DNA of 64,000 nt from Candidatus Promineifilaceae bacterium (GTDB taxonomy: Bacteria; Chloroflexota; Anaerolineae; Promineifilales; Promineifilaceae), in assembly GCA_041748655.1 (NCBI GenBank), contig JBGTCV010000089.1, positions 7,987 through 71,986 of the forward strand, written 5' to 3'. Shown piece by piece: positions 28,081-39,147 of this stretch. Within the stretch, counting starts at the first letter, position 1. The number at the start of each line of letters is the position of its first letter. The notes under the pieces are model-generated. The model was not told the DNA's origin, ran no database searches, and was given only the letters and a program-made list of their open reading frames with translations. The position numbers and the translations under genes were made by a program.

Positions 28081-28195
28081 CACCTGTAGTAACTACTCAG
28101 CCAGATTGGGCCAATTTTCTCTGGTAATGGGGGCAGTGGCGGCCACAAATTGGCCCAATCTCCAGAGAGGCTTAGTAGTTACCACCTGTAGTTAT
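28081..28195. repeat. Family C inverted-repeat element (CACCTGTAGTAACTACT...CAGATTGGGCCAATT // AATTGGCCCAATCT...AGTAGTTACCACCTGTAG) between the ArsR and MFS genes
   Basis: Shares the ATTGGGCCAAT core with the 26861 palindrome. Confidence 0.55.
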
Positions 28196-28244
28196 AAACC
28201 AGATAGGCAGTCTGGGGCAATAAATTCTTACTGCCCTCACACGG

Positions 28245-29762
28245 TCACTCCGGTTTTCTCATTTCCGGCGGATATTCTGCGCCAATCTGGCGCAGTTCTA
28301 TAGAGATTGCCTTGAGGGCAGCCAGCGTTTGGGGCGTAACGGCCGTTTGCCGGAGCATCTGGCGTTGTTGGGTCAGTTCATGGAGGCGTTGGGTGAGTAC
28401 GGCCGTTTGCACCACCACCGCATGATCCACCAGCATCTCCTCCGCATTCCGCACCGCCGGGAACAGATACCCCCCAAAGCCAACCGCCACCCCCACCAGC
28501 CCGGCCAGCACAAACATCAGCCCCATGCCCGCCCCGGCCCCCGTGCCTACCAGCCAGCCAAACAGCGGCGTCAACGCCCCATCCGGCTGCATCGCCGGTT
28601 CAAACAGATTGTCCGCCAGCGGCCCAGCCATCGCCGTGGCCACCGGAGCGGTAATCTGGGCAATGAGGCGACGCACCGCAAAAACGCGCCCCTGCACATC
28701 TGGGGCCACCTTCGCCTGCCAGATCGCCTGATTAGAGCCGTTGAGAATCGGCATGACAAACTGCCCGGCAAAGGCAGCCAGCGCCCAAATCATAACCCCT
28801 TGCCCAATACCCATCAACGCCTGGCCAAAAATACTGATCGCCACCATCCCCAGCAGCACCCCGTTCACCTTGCGCCTTGGCCCGCCCCAGACGCTCAACA
28901 GCAGGCCGCCAATGACGCCGCCCACCGCCCCCAGCGACTGCACGCTGGCCAGTGCAATCTCGTTGTTGCCCGTGCGGGCCAAAATCATGGGCACCAGCAC
29001 GGCAAAACCAATCATATAGAGGAAGTTGACGCAGAAGAAGACCATTTGCAGACCCAGCAAACTCGGCCGTTCTACTATATAGCGGAAGCCATAGGCCGAC
29101 TCGTGCAGCAGGCTGCCCTGCCCCGTGCGCCCTCCTGGAGCGACCTCTGGCTGGGGAATATGCACAAAAATCAAGGCGAAAATAGCAAAAAAGACCGTAA
29201 CCACGTCGATGCTCATGATGCCTACCAGCCCCAGCGGCCCCAGCAGCGCCCCGGCAAAAGCGGGCGCCAAAATGCCAGACGCGGAACCAGCCAAAGACAA
29301 CATGCCTGCGGCACGGCCGTATTGCTCTTTGGGCAGCATCATCGTCACCGCAGCAGAATAGGCCGGAAACTGGAACGCATTCCCCGCCCCCGCCACCAAA
29401 TTGGCCAGATAGATGTGCCAGATTTGCAAATTGTCTGCCGCCAGCAATGCCAGCAAAATGATGGTGGCCACCCCCGCCAGCAAATCACTGACAATCATCA
29501 CCGTTTTGCGGTTGGCCCGATCCACAATCGCTCCGGCAATGGGGCTAAACAGCACGCTGGGCGCCATAAAAAAGAAGATCGCCCAGGTAAGCGCCGTCGC
29601 TTCACCCGTCTGCTGAAAAATCCAGAAGGAAATAGCAAAGTTGGTCATCCCCGTGCCCAGCATCGACACAACCTGACCCAGCCAAACAACCACAAAACCA
29701 CGCATACCAGACGGCTTCCCGGGTGGCCCTGCCGAAGGTCTAAAAAATCTCGTCATTCCCAT
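28245..29762 (-). CDS. MFS transporter (EntS/MFS_1-like, 12+ TM)
   Basis: Typical MFS hydrophobicity pattern; GxLaDrxgrk-like motif (IAGAIVDRANRKTVMIVSD). Confidence 0.9.
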   Translation of the reverse strand: MGMTRFFRPSAGPPGKPSGMRGFVVVWLGQVVSMLGTGMTNFAISFWIFQQTGEATALTWAIFFFMAPSVLFSPIAGAIVDRANRKTVMIVSDLLAGVATIILLALLAADNLQIWHIYLANLVAGAGNAFQFPAYSAAVTMMLPKEQYGRAAGMLSLAGSASGILAPAFAGALLGPLGLVGIMSIDVVTVFFAIFALIFVHIPQPEVAPGGRTGQGSLLHESAYGFRYIVERPSLLGLQMVFFCVNFLYMIGFAVLVPMILARTGNNEIALASVQSLGAVGGVIGGLLLSVWGGPRRKVNGVLLGMVAISIFGQALMGIGQGVMIWALAAFAGQFVMPILNGSNQAIWQAKVAPDVQGRVFAVRRLIAQITAPVATAMAGPLADNLFEPAMQPDGALTPLFGWLVGTGAGAGMGLMFVLAGLVGVAVGFGGYLFPAVRNAEEMLVDHAVVVQTAVLTQRLHELTQQRQMLRQTAVTPQTLAALKAISIELRQIGAEYPPEMRKPE

Positions 29763-29839
29763 ACTCCTGCTATAAAAAATTTGGCATGGTTCATTTCAAG
29801 CTAAAGCTGCTTTACAAATTTAATTAATAAGAAGACATG

Positions 29840-29919
29840 TCATGCTGAGGTCCTCCGAAGCATCCCGTTCCTCTGGTCAGAGCGGGATGCTTCGCTCCGA
29901 AGACTACGCTCAGCATGAC
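29840..29919. other. Long imperfect hairpin (about 30-bp arms) in the MFS-MBL intergenic region
   Basis: GTCATGCTGAGG..CCGAAGCATCCCG ... CGGGATGCTTCG..CTCAGCATGAC. Confidence 0.5.
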
Positions 29920-30112
29920 AATGCAGCGTAAATTTGTCAAAATCGTTTCGGCAGAAATGGACCATGCTAAAATTTCAGGGCCACCAAGGACACCAAATAA
30001 CATCAAAGTGGGGAAGGCGAGAACCAGCCTGGACCCAAACCCCTTTTTGTCCATTGCAACGGCCGGTTCCCACCATTCCCAAGAGAAGAGGAAAAGCATG
30101 TATCTGAGATAC

Positions 30113-30745
30113 TCACATATCCCAGGTAGCATCACCAAAAAAATCGCCGTGATCTTTTGCCAAAAACGCTTCAATCTGGGCCCGGCGGTCACCCAGGCGG
30201 AAGTGGGGTCCATGCCCCGGATAGCAAACCGTGTCGTCTGGCCACGGCAGCACCACATTGCGAAGTGTAATCAGGGTCGTTTTGAACCCTTCGGCCGACC
30301 AGGTGCGCCCCGGCCCGCCATCAAAAATGGTGTCACCCACGATAATGCGGTGGTCATCTTCTAAAATAAAGCAAATCTGGTCGCCGATGTGGCCAGGCGC
30401 ATAGGCCACCCGCAGCGTGTGCTGCCCCACCGTGAACGTATCCCCGTCCCGCAGCCAGCGGTCGGCCTGAATATCCTGACCGCCTGGCTCGTGTGGGCCG
30501 TCGTTGCACAGTACCGGCACGCCCAGCGCTTCACGCATGGCAGCCAACGCCCCAATATGATCGATATGGGTGTGGGTGAGCAAAATGGCCACCGGCTGGC
30601 TGTCTCCCAACATTTCCTGCAAAGTTTCCGGGTCGTCGCCAGGGTCGATAAGGACGCTCTGGCCTGTGGCTGGGCAGATAAGAGCGTAGGTGTTCATGCC
30701 CCACGGCCCTACCTGGCGGCTTACAATGTTCAATTGTGACATCAC
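30113..30745 (-). CDS. MBL-fold metallo-hydrolase (glyoxalase II-like)
   Basis: LTHTHIDHIG (HxHxDH) motif; 210 aa. Confidence 0.85.
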   Translation of the reverse strand: MMSQLNIVSRQVGPWGMNTYALICPATGQSVLIDPGDDPETLQEMLGDSQPVAILLTHTHIDHIGALAAMREALGVPVLCNDGPHEPGGQDIQADRWLRDGDTFTVGQHTLRVAYAPGHIGDQICFILEDDHRIIVGDTIFDGGPGRTWSAEGFKTTLITLRNVVLPWPDDTVCYPGHGPHFRLGDRRAQIEAFLAKDHGDFFGDATWDM

Positions 30746-31276
30746 GCACTCCTTTTGGGTCTATCATCAAAACCTGGGGATGAATCCCCAGGCTATGTTT
30801 AGGGATTTATCTCCAGGCTATTATGCCCCCAGCTACGACCCTGGGCTATGACGAAAAACGTGCTTGTGAACCTGCTTCAACAGGTTTTTATCTCAACCTC
30901 GGGTTTCAACCGGGTCTTGGATCAGGCAGCCTTTGGTTTGCAAACTGGCTGTGCGGCACGGGACTTCAGGTTTTTTCCCAGGGCAATAAACAGTTCCCCA
31001 CTGGCCAAAAACAGCTCATCTTTACGGCTTCTGGCTGCTGTACGGTTTTGGGGGACTGGAAACGGCCGTATCCGCCCATTTTCAACCAATCGTTCCTTCT
31101 GATACAAATGATTCAATTCATACAATATGTCTGGGTGCACTTGATAATTCATTGCTTCCTCCTACCGCCAGATGCGGCTGTCAAAATTGGTGCTTTTCGC
31201 TTTAATTCCATTCTTATCTGGCCAATCGTTTGGCCAGCTTCGGCCAACCTGATAAAATCACTTACGTTAGGCCGAT

Positions 31277-31326
31277 GTCTAAGATGTTAGATAGTTATCT
31301 AATGCATTAGATGATAATCTAACTCA
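31277..31326. promoter_or_regulatory. Two adjacent TAGAT-N-ATCTA type palindromes (AGATAGTTATCT and TAGATGATAATCTA); candidate operator pair
   Basis: Seen directly in the sequence. They lie in the divergent region upstream of the SPFH gene (+) and the small ORF 30922-31152 (-). Confidence 0.3.
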
Positions 31327-31501
31327 TTTATTTTGTCAACCATTTTGACAAAATTTGCTCTTTTGCTTCCCCCTCACAGCTTCAAAACAACGCCCTACAG
31401 TTTTCTGACAACCCCTACAAAAGCTTGGACTTTGTAACTTCGGCGTTTACAATGCTGGCAAGCGTGTTTCTACAATTCATTTCCACTTTAGGGAGGTAAA
31501 T

Positions 31502-32500
31502 ATGAATCTCAGGCAACCCTTGATTTTTGCCGCAGCAATTTTGTTTGTTGGTTTCACTACTGTTGCTGCTTATCAGGCATTTGGCTTTTTAGGCATCTTT
31601 ATTGTGTTGATGATAACCCTCCTTTTTGCCATGGCTGTCATGCTTAACTTGGGCAAAGCCAAATTGGTTGACGAAATGGAAGTGGGCGTTATTTTCAACC
31701 AGTTCAACAACAGTTTCTCCCGCTTTGTCGTTGGCAAAGACCCCAACCAGATTCGTCATTTTCACAACCAACATACGCCAGGCTGGTTTCAGTTTGGCCA
31801 TCGGGTATTGAGCATCAACGACCCGTATTATGAGCGTCTGAAATGGTATGAAGAAGTTCGCGACACAATCTCCAAAAAATCACAAACGGCCAAAGGGAAG
31901 CTGGAGAATTTGCGCACCGCTGATGGCATTCCCGTCACCATTTCCTGGAAGGTTTCCTACACGGTTGATGTTGGTCTGATCAGCAAAGATAAAAATCTGG
32001 AATACAAAATGGCGCGGACATTGCCTAAACATTCCGGGAACGTGGTTACAGGCAAAGTTGAGCGGTCTATCAAACACCTGGTGGAGTTAAAAACGATCCA
32101 GGAACTGTATAGCCCTGGCGCAATTCAAGCAATGGAACAAGAGATCTGCCAACGAGCTTCCCGGCAGCTCAGCCATCCCGTCAATTTGGGCTTTCAGGAA
32201 ATTAAACCAAAAGACGTATTTTTAGGACCGGTAGAAATGCCGCCCAAGGTAGAAAAAGCGCTGGAACTGGCGCATCAACGCAAGATTCAGACGGAAATGG
32301 TGGCGGGGGCGCTGGAACGTCTACAACTGGCAGTAGGCAGCTTCTCTACAGAGGATGTGCGCCGCCTGTCGGAGCTGGAACGGCTGCGCATTTTGGATGA
32401 TAAAGATGTGAAAGCACTGTACCTTTCGGATGCGTTTGTACACCGCGAGTCGGTGAAGGTGCGGCACGGGGTAAACGGCCGTTCCCCATCAAAATCATGA
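31502..32500 (+). CDS. SPFH/band-7 (stomatin/prohibitin-like) domain membrane protein
   Basis: N-terminal TM helices, then EVGVIFNQF...PGWFQFGHRVLSIN...TADGIPVTISWKVSYTVD fits the SPFH core pattern, followed by a coiled-coil tail. Confidence 0.5.
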   Translation: MNLRQPLIFAAAILFVGFTTVAAYQAFGFLGIFIVLMITLLFAMAVMLNLGKAKLVDEMEVGVIFNQFNNSFSRFVVGKDPNQIRHFHNQHTPGWFQFGHRVLSINDPYYERLKWYEEVRDTISKKSQTAKGKLENLRTADGIPVTISWKVSYTVDVGLISKDKNLEYKMARTLPKHSGNVVTGKVERSIKHLVELKTIQELYSPGAIQAMEQEICQRASRQLSHPVNLGFQEIKPKDVFLGPVEMPPKVEKALELAHQRKIQTEMVAGALERLQLAVGSFSTEDVRRLSELERLRILDDKDVKALYLSDAFVHRESVKVRHGVNGRSPSKS

Positions 32501-32527
32501 GACTCAATAATGACTCTACCGAAAAAA

Positions 32528-32610
32528 CTAACCGCAGAGGACGCAGAGGGCACGGAGAATAAATAATACCAGAGTAAACCTCAGCGTTCTCCGCGCTCTC
32601 TGCGGTGAAA
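32528..32610. repeat. Family B palindromic element (ACCGCAGAGGACGCAGAGGGC ... CTCCGCGCTCTCTGCGG)
   Basis: Recurs at 43328-43396, with a degenerate copy at 48421-48460. Confidence 0.6.
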
Positions 32611-33051
32611 AAGACCTTTTTTAAGTAATTTACAGGGGGTTGGCGATGGGCGATTTACCCAATTGCCAATCCCCTGCCTCTTTAATCTACCCCTGGGCCG
32701 TGGTGAGAAACGGCCGTTTTCCCCAAAACTTAACCAAACGTTTACATGGTGTTAGCCTTCCCTTAACCTGCTCACTATGATTTTACAAGCAGCACGGTTG
32801 CCCCCAAAGGTGCGCGTGATATAATGCCCTTCGGTTCTGCAAAGAAAAGTTCGTCACAGGATCAAATGAGTGAATTTATTCAAGAAAACATCCATGCAAA
32901 GAAACTATCTTGTAGATTCAAAGCAAATAAACCCATGCTTGATCTTCGTTCCGCTATTCAATCCCATCCAACCAAGAGCTATTTGTAAGGCAGAGGCACG
33001 TTAAAACAGCATCAGTTAGCTGCTGCCGTTCAACAAAAGTCGGAGCTATCT

Positions 33052-34770
33052 ATGAGCGATAGGGCAATTAGTTCCCAACCAGAATCGAAAGCGCAGCAAC
33101 AACTCAATGTGGGAATTTTCTCAGGTCGGCGTGGGGCTAAAAGGCGAGAAGCGCTTCTGGCGTATCTGTTTTTGTCACCTGCCATCATCATCATCGGCAT
33201 ATTTGGTTTGTTTCCCCTAATATTTTCTGCTTACCAGAGCACCCGCGCTGGTCTGAACAATGTTGTAGGGCGTCCAGACGGTCTGGGACAATATGTAAGA
33301 GCCATTGACAACCTGGCGTATGTGCTGGCCTTCTGGATTGCGCTCTTTTTTGTGTTTGTTGCTATCCAGCAAATTAGCGAAATCAGGGCAACGTCCCGAG
33401 CCAAAGGTGAAAATCCGTGGCGCTGGCTGCTGCCGGGGGTACTGGGCGGTGTCGGGCTGGCTTTACTGCTTTGGCTAATATTTGTGTTTATGCCTGGCCT
33501 GCTGGAGATTGGGGAAAAGATGGGCGGGTTTACGGCACAAGAGCGGGAGGAGCTGTTTCCCGTCTTTTTACGAGAGGCATGGCGCGCGCCGGGAGTGGCT
33601 TCAACCTTTTATTACGCGCTGCTTGCCCTTATTTTGAGTAGTCTGGCTACAACTTACCTGCGTCACAACAGCCCACCAACCATTCGAGACACCTTTTATA
33701 CGGGCAAGTGGACAACGGCCGTTCTTCTAACCCTTCTCGCCACAGCCCTCGCCTGGTTTACCTATTCCGAAATCCAGAAAACATATGCCGCCGCTCTGGA
33801 AGCTGGCGAACCGCTCTCGCTATGGGCTCAACTGGTCACCATTAGCGCCGGTTTTGTCCTGCTGCTGTTCTCCTGGCTCATCTGGCGCACCGCCGCCCAG
33901 CGGGATTCTAACCTGCAAACCGGGCTGCGCTTCCTCGCTGGCATCCTTCTGATGATAGGCGGCTGGGTACTCATCGGCGAACTGCCCGCCGCGATTGCTG
34001 AGGGGAACAAGGCGTGGTGGGTCGGTTTGCGCACCACCATATTTTATGCGGTTGGCACGCTGCCTATTCAACTTTTTTTAGGGCTTATTCTGGCAACGCT
34101 GCTCTTTCAGGATATTAAAGCCAAAGGGCTGCTGCGGATGGTCTACTTTTTGCCCTATATCACACCGGCTGTGGGCGCAGCGGCCGTTTTCCGGGTGCTC
34201 TTTTCTGGCAATGCCAACGGACTCATCAACACCCTGATGGCCTCAATCGGGATGAAACCATTGGGCTGGCTCAACGAATCAAAAGGCATCAACCAGCTAA
34301 TCGGCAGCGCCCTCAACTTTGACGTGGCAAGTTGGGCTGCGGGGCCCAGCCTGGCTCTGGTTGTCGCCATTATCTTTGGCATCTGGAAGTTTACCGGCTA
34401 CAACGTCGTTTTCTTCCTGGCCGGTCTGAGCAATATCTCTCGCGAATATTACGAAGCCGCCTCCATGGACGGTGCCGGACGCTGGTCACAGTTCCGTCAC
34501 ATCACCCTGCCGCTGCTCTCCCCCATTACCTATTTTCTGACAATTTTTGGTGTTATTGGCACCTTTAAAGCGTTCAACACCATCTATGTGCTGCGTACCC
34601 AGGCGTCATTAGGCACAATGGATACCGCCAGCCTGGTTATTTTCGACGCTTTTAACCGGGATACACGCATGGGGTATGCCGCCGCGCTGGGCATTATCCT
34701 GCTGCTCATTATCCTGAGCGCCACTGCTTTGTTAGACCGCTTTGCAAAAGGGAAAGTATTCTATGGCTAA
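33052..34770 (+). CDS. Carbohydrate ABC transporter permease (MalF/UgpA-type) with a ~270-aa N-terminal multi-TM extension
   Basis: C-terminal [27 protein letters not shown]-loop and binding-protein-dependent permease core. 572 aa, about twice the usual length. Confidence 0.85.
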   Translation: MSDRAISSQPESKAQQQLNVGIFSGRRGAKRREALLAYLFLSPAIIIIGIFGLFPLIFSAYQSTRAGLNNVVGRPDGLGQYVRAIDNLAYVLAFWIALFFVFVAIQQISEIRATSRAKGENPWRWLLPGVLGGVGLALLLWLIFVFMPGLLEIGEKMGGFTAQEREELFPVFLREAWRAPGVASTFYYALLALILSSLATTYLRHNSPPTIRDTFYTGKWTTAVLLTLLATALAWFTYSEIQKTYAAALEAGEPLSLWAQLVTISAGFVLLLFSWLIWRTAAQRDSNLQTGLRFLAGILLMIGGWVLIGELPAAIAEGNKAWWVGLRTTIFYAVGTLPIQLFLGLILATLLFQDIKAKGLLRMVYFLPYITPAVGAAAVFRVLFSGNANGLINTLMASIGMKPLGWLNESKGINQLIGSALNFDVASWAAGPSLALVVAIIFGIWKFTGYNVVFFLAGLSNISREYYEAASMDGAGRWSQFRHITLPLLSPITYFLTIFGVIGTFKAFNTIYVLRTQASLGTMDTASLVIFDAFNRDTRMGYAAALGIILLLIILSATALLDRFAKGKVFYG

Positions 34771-35647
34771 CGAAACAATGATCCCCACCCAGCAAACACC
34801 CAGAGCCGCTCGCACTGGCTTCAACTGGGCAAGGTTCTTCACCTATCTGATACTCATCCTGGGCGCAACCGTCGCTATCATCCCTTTTCTGGCCACGGTT
34901 AGCATCTCACTTATGAACCTGACCGAGGCCACAAGCCAGACATTGCTGCCCAAAACACCGCAGTGGGGCAATTATCTTCAAGCCTGGGACGAAGCAGACT
35001 TTTCAAGATTCTTTTTCAACAGCCTGAAAATTGCCCTCATTACCGTCGCAGGCGAAGTGGTATTTGGGGTTTTGGCCGCATATGCCTTTGCCCGCATGGA
35101 GTTCCCCGGTAAAAATCTGCTCTTTGGTCTCTTTTTGGCCACGCTTACCCTGCCCCAGGCCATCACCTGGGTACCGAACTTCCTGACAGTCGCCTGGCTG
35201 GGTAAAGTCACGCCAATTCAGTGGATTGATAGCTGGCCAGCCTTAACGGTTCCTTTTATGGCCAGTGCTTTCGGCATCTTTTTGCTGCGCCAATTTTTCC
35301 AGCAAATTCCAGATGAACTATGGGATTCTGCCCAAATCGATGGCGCGGGTCATTTGCGTTACCTGCTGCAAATTGTGGTGCCGCTCTCTAAAGCCCCTAT
35401 CCTCATCCTGGCGCTTTTTGGCTTTTTAGGCAGTTGGGACAGCCTGGCCTGGCCCATTCTGGTGACTCGCTCGCTTGCATGGCGTCCAATTTCATATGGG
35501 CTACAAAGTTTCTTGCAGGAAGCTGGCAGTTTTGTCCATTTACAAATGGCAGGAGCTGTTATTACGATGTTACCAATTTTAATCATCTACTTCTTTACCC
35601 AGCGCCAATTCATAGAGGCGATGACCCGGTCTGGTTTAAAAGGGTAA
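34763..35647 (+). CDS. Carbohydrate ABC transporter permease (MalG/UgpE-type)
   Basis: [29 protein letters not shown]-loop; overlaps the upstream permease by 8 bp. Confidence 0.85.
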   Translation: MANETMIPTQQTPRAARTGFNWARFFTYLILILGATVAIIPFLATVSISLMNLTEATSQTLLPKTPQWGNYLQAWDEADFSRFFFNSLKIALITVAGEVVFGVLAAYAFARMEFPGKNLLFGLFLATLTLPQAITWVPNFLTVAWLGKVTPIQWIDSWPALTVPFMASAFGIFLLRQFFQQIPDELWDSAQIDGAGHLRYLLQIVVPLSKAPILILALFGFLGSWDSLAWPILVTRSLAWRPISYGLQSFLQEAGSFVHLQMAGAVITMLPILIIYFFTQRQFIEAMTRSGLKG

Positions 35648-35912
35648 CCATCACCCAATTTATCATTGAAAACCTATTGTTGACCAAAATTTTTTGCAAG
35701 GAGGTGATGCTATCGGTAAATGTAAAAGCTGGGCAAAATAGCTTGACTAAGGTGAATTTATAACCCGTTCGCTGCGGGTAAAAAATCACGATACGCCCTT
35801 AGTTAGTACTATTTTTTGCCTGGAAAATTTCATCAATGATTACAGATTAAAGAATAGTTACCAATCTGTAATTAACTTTTTTTAAAATGAGTTAGTTTCG
35901 AGGAGAAGACAA

Positions 35913-37442
35913 ATGTCTAAAAAATATGTGAAATGGTTCATGCTTCTGGCCTTAATTGTGCCCATGTTCCTGGTTGCCTGTGGCGGCGCTGCAGAAGAAC
36001 CAGTTCAGGATGCTGTCGCAACTGTCCAAGAGACAGTTGCTGATGTAACTGAAGAAGCTGAAGAAGTCATGGAAGAGACTGAAGAAGTGGCTGAAGAGGT
36101 CATGGAAGAGGCTGAAGAAGTTGAAGAGGTTATGGAAGAGGTGATGGAGCCGTGTGCGCCAGCCAGCGATGGACCGCTTGCCGGTGTTGATCCACGTGGC
36201 CAAACGGTTGTCTGGTGGCACAATCACAGTGGCAGCCGTGAAGGCAGATTGATTGAGATCATTGATGATTTCAATGCAGACAACGAATGTGGCATCACGT
36301 TGGAACCACTGAATCAGGGTGGTTACAATGATATTCGTAACGCTGTAAACGCCAGCGTCGCGGCTGGTGAAGTGCCTGCCGCTCTCGTCGTTGGGTACCA
36401 GAACGACCAGGCTTTCTACCAACTCAACAACACCCTGGTTGACCTGAATGAATATCTGACCGATCCACACTGGGGGCTTTCGTCTGATGAGCAAGCAGCT
36501 TTTTACCAAAGCTTCTTTAACCAGAGCATTCACGTCGCTTTTGACGATCAACGCTTAGGCTTCCCGCCCAATCGTTCGATTGAACTGCTGCACTACAACA
36601 AAACTTACCTGGAAGAGCTGGGCTACGATGCGCCGCCAGCAACCCCAGAAGAATTTGTAGAGATGTCTTGTGCGGCCGCTGCGGCCAGCGCCAGCGGTGT
36701 TGGTGGCTATGTACTGCGAGATGATGCTTCGGCAATGGCTGCCTGGACCTATGCTTATGGTGGCGACATCCTGAATGCAGATGGCACTGAGTATGTTTAC
36801 AATGGTGCCGCTACCGTTGCGGCTATGGAAATGCTGCAAGAACTGGCCAATCCAGGTGAAGATGGCCTGGTTTGTGCTTACTTCTCTGATGGCTTCCCCA
36901 ACCCTGAGGTTGCCAACCGGAATGCTTTGTTCGCGATGGGCTCCAGCTCGGGTATCCCGTTCTACGAGGGTGACTTTGCAACGGTAGCTAGCGAAGCTGG
37001 CCGCGACGTAGACGAGTATGCTGTCGCAGCTATTCCCCACACCACGCCAGACCCGGTTATGAATATCTACGGTGGCGATGTGATGATTGTGCGTACCACA
37101 CCAGAACAGCAGCTGGCTGCCTGGGAGTTTGTGAAATGGTTTACCTCTCCAGAGATTCAGGCGCGCTGGGCTGTTGCCAGCAACTACTTCCCAACCAACT
37201 CCGGTAGTGTTGAATTCCTCGGTGATTACACGGCAGAAAATCCGGTTTATGGCCAGGCTTTGGAGCTGCTGCAATATGGCGCGTTTGAACCACAGCTGAT
37301 CTCTTATCAATCTGTGCGCGATGCAGCGCAGCAGGCTTACAATGTCATTATTCAGGGTGGCGATGTTCAGGCTACGCTGGATGATCTGACTGAGCTAGCG
37401 AATGAGCTGCAAGCTGAGCTGTTGGAAGAAATTGGTAATTAG
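35913..37442 (+). CDS. ABC transporter extracellular solute-binding lipoprotein (family 1, sugar-type) with an acidic Glu-rich linker
   Basis: Lipobox LVACGG. EEVMEE repeats. SBP_bac_1-like body. Confidence 0.85.
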   Translation: MSKKYVKWFMLLALIVPMFLVACGGAAEEPVQDAVATVQETVADVTEEAEEVMEETEEVAEEVMEEAEEVEEVMEEVMEPCAPASDGPLAGVDPRGQTVVWWHNHSGSREGRLIEIIDDFNADNECGITLEPLNQGGYNDIRNAVNASVAAGEVPAALVVGYQNDQAFYQLNNTLVDLNEYLTDPHWGLSSDEQAAFYQSFFNQSIHVAFDDQRLGFPPNRSIELLHYNKTYLEELGYDAPPATPEEFVEMSCAAAAASASGVGGYVLRDDASAMAAWTYAYGGDILNADGTEYVYNGAATVAAMEMLQELANPGEDGLVCAYFSDGFPNPEVANRNALFAMGSSSGIPFYEGDFATVASEAGRDVDEYAVAAIPHTTPDPVMNIYGGDVMIVRTTPEQQLAAWEFVKWFTSPEIQARWAVASNYFPTNSGSVEFLGDYTAENPVYGQALELLQYGAFEPQLISYQSVRDAAQQAYNVIIQGGDVQATLDDLTELANELQAELLEEIGN

Positions 37443-37676
37443 TCGTTAGGATAATGAGGTTGATGGGAAACGGCCGTTTCCCACCAGCAGTTGCGAAACA
37501 AATAACAGGGCAGGGTACCAACAATCATCCTGCCCTGTTATGTACCACCAGAATCTACCCATTTGTCACCATTTCGCCCCATGATATAATCTCAGGGTAG
37601 TTACTGTCATTTCGCCCATTGTTACAATTTTTAGCAAGCTTTTGGGCTTTCCCTTGTGTTTTTTAAGGAGGAATCG

Positions 37677-38861
37677 ATGAAAACACGACATATGTTGAAG
37701 CTTTTGGTCGGTGTGTCTGCGCTTCTGTTCATCATTGCAGCCTGTACACCCCAATCTGTTGAAGTTACCCGCGTCGTAACCCAAACAGAACAAATTGAAG
37801 TCCCCGTTGAAGTTGAAGTCCCCGTTGAAGTAACCCGCGTCGTTACCGAAACAGAAACTATTGTAGAAGAAGTCATGTCCGAAGAAGCAGTGCTTGGCTC
37901 TGAAGAGCGCCCCATCAAGGTATTGTTTGTGCCTTCAGTAGACGTTGACCAGATTATCACTGGTGGTGAAGTTTTAGCCAATGCCCTCAATGAAGCAACC
38001 GGAATGAACTTCGTCGTGAGCGTACCTACCAGCTACGCAGCCACCATTGAAGAAATGTGTGCCTCCCCCGACGACACCATTGGCTTTATTCCCGCTCAGG
38101 GTTACGTCTTGGCCAATAACCGCTGTGGTGTTACCGTTGGTGGCGCGGCCGTTCGCTTTGGCCTCTCCTGGTATGCTGCCCAATATGTTGTGCCGTTCGA
38201 TAGTCCAGCTGAATCTCTGGAAGATTTGGAAGGCGCCACCTGGTGTATTCCTGACTTCGGCTCTACTTCCGGCTATCTCTACCCCAGCGCTGAATTCGCC
38301 GCTTTGGGCGTTGAGACGGGTGAGGTTATCGAGGCTGGCGGACACAATGGTTCAATGTTAGGCGTCGTGAATGGCGATTGTGATTTTGGTACAGCATTCT
38401 TCAGCCCGCCGCTGCTGCCCAACTATGCTCGTGAATGGGCCTATGGCGTAGATGATCCAGAAATCTGGCGTGAGATTGATGAGAGCCCGGTACGGAATGA
38501 CGCAGGTCGTACCTTTGTCGGTGGTGATCCGGCTGACGGTGGCTATCGTATTCTGGACGCACGCACTTCCGTTATGGAAACTGCACCAGACATCTTCGAC
38601 CAAACCCGTATTCTGGCCATTACAGACCGCATCCCCAATGATACGGTTTCGTTTGGCCCAGAATTCCCGCTTAACACCGCCAATAGAATTGTCAACGCTT
38701 TGATCGAGTTCACGGCATCTGAAGCGTGTGCAGAGTCAATCTGCTCTGAAGATTTCTATAGCTGGACCGGCCTGGAAGCGGTTACCGACAGCTTCTATGA
38801 TCCGGTACGCTCTGCTATGGACTTCCTCGGCATCACCGAAGAAGATATTCTGGGAGGCTAA
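37677..38861 (+). CDS. phnD: Phosphonate/phosphite/phosphate-type ABC transporter substrate-binding lipoprotein
   Basis: AAGGAGG RBS before ATG 37677. Lipobox IIAACT. PhnD/SsuA-family body (KVLFVPS...GFIPAQGYVLAN...DLEGATWCIP...GSTSGYLYP). Confidence 0.8.
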   Translation: MKTRHMLKLLVGVSALLFIIAACTPQSVEVTRVVTQTEQIEVPVEVEVPVEVTRVVTETETIVEEVMSEEAVLGSEERPIKVLFVPSVDVDQIITGGEVLANALNEATGMNFVVSVPTSYAATIEEMCASPDDTIGFIPAQGYVLANNRCGVTVGGAAVRFGLSWYAAQYVVPFDSPAESLEDLEGATWCIPDFGSTSGYLYPSAEFAALGVETGEVIEAGGHNGSMLGVVNGDCDFGTAFFSPPLLPNYAREWAYGVDDPEIWREIDESPVRNDAGRTFVGGDPADGGYRILDARTSVMETAPDIFDQTRILAITDRIPNDTVSFGPEFPLNTANRIVNALIEFTASEACAESICSEDFYSWTGLEAVTDSFYDPVRSAMDFLGITEEDILGG

Positions 38862-38883
38862 ACAAATCATTAGCTTCTAATGG

Positions 38884-38925
38884 AAGCCGGACGGGCAGCA
38901 CTGTTCGTCCGGCTTCTTTATTTAC
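38884..38925 (+). terminator. Rho-independent terminator-like hairpin after phnD
   Basis: GAAGCCGGACG...CGTCCGGCTTC stem followed by TTTATTTAC. Confidence 0.5.
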
Positions 38926-39147
38926 TCACTTGTGTTACTTGCTCTAGACCCCAAGGGTCTCTAAAAGAATAGCTTCCCGGATTAGGCGAGTGAGCAATCC
39001 CTCTCTAATTCTCCACTCTCTAATCTCAACACGTAAGTGTTCAGGTGCAACGCACTTTTTCCAGAGTAATGCGCAACAACGATGTCGTTTACAAGTGCGT
39101 CGCACCTCTAGGAATCTCATTTTCGTTCCTTAAGGCCTTAAATTCTC

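Noticed and set aside
28329-29804. 491-aa plus-strand ORF, extremely Arg/His/Gln-rich
   Set aside because: Antisense to the MFS transporter; its composition is not protein-like.
29824-30364. Two overlapping ORFs (144 aa minus, 149 aa plus) in the MFS-MBL spacer
   Set aside because: They overlap each other and the long hairpin, with no motifs. More likely non-coding, with the hairpin as the real feature.
30823-31290. 155-aa plus-strand ORF
   Set aside because: Low-complexity, Cys/Leu-rich translation with no start context; overlaps the more plausible small minus-strand ORF and the palindrome pair.
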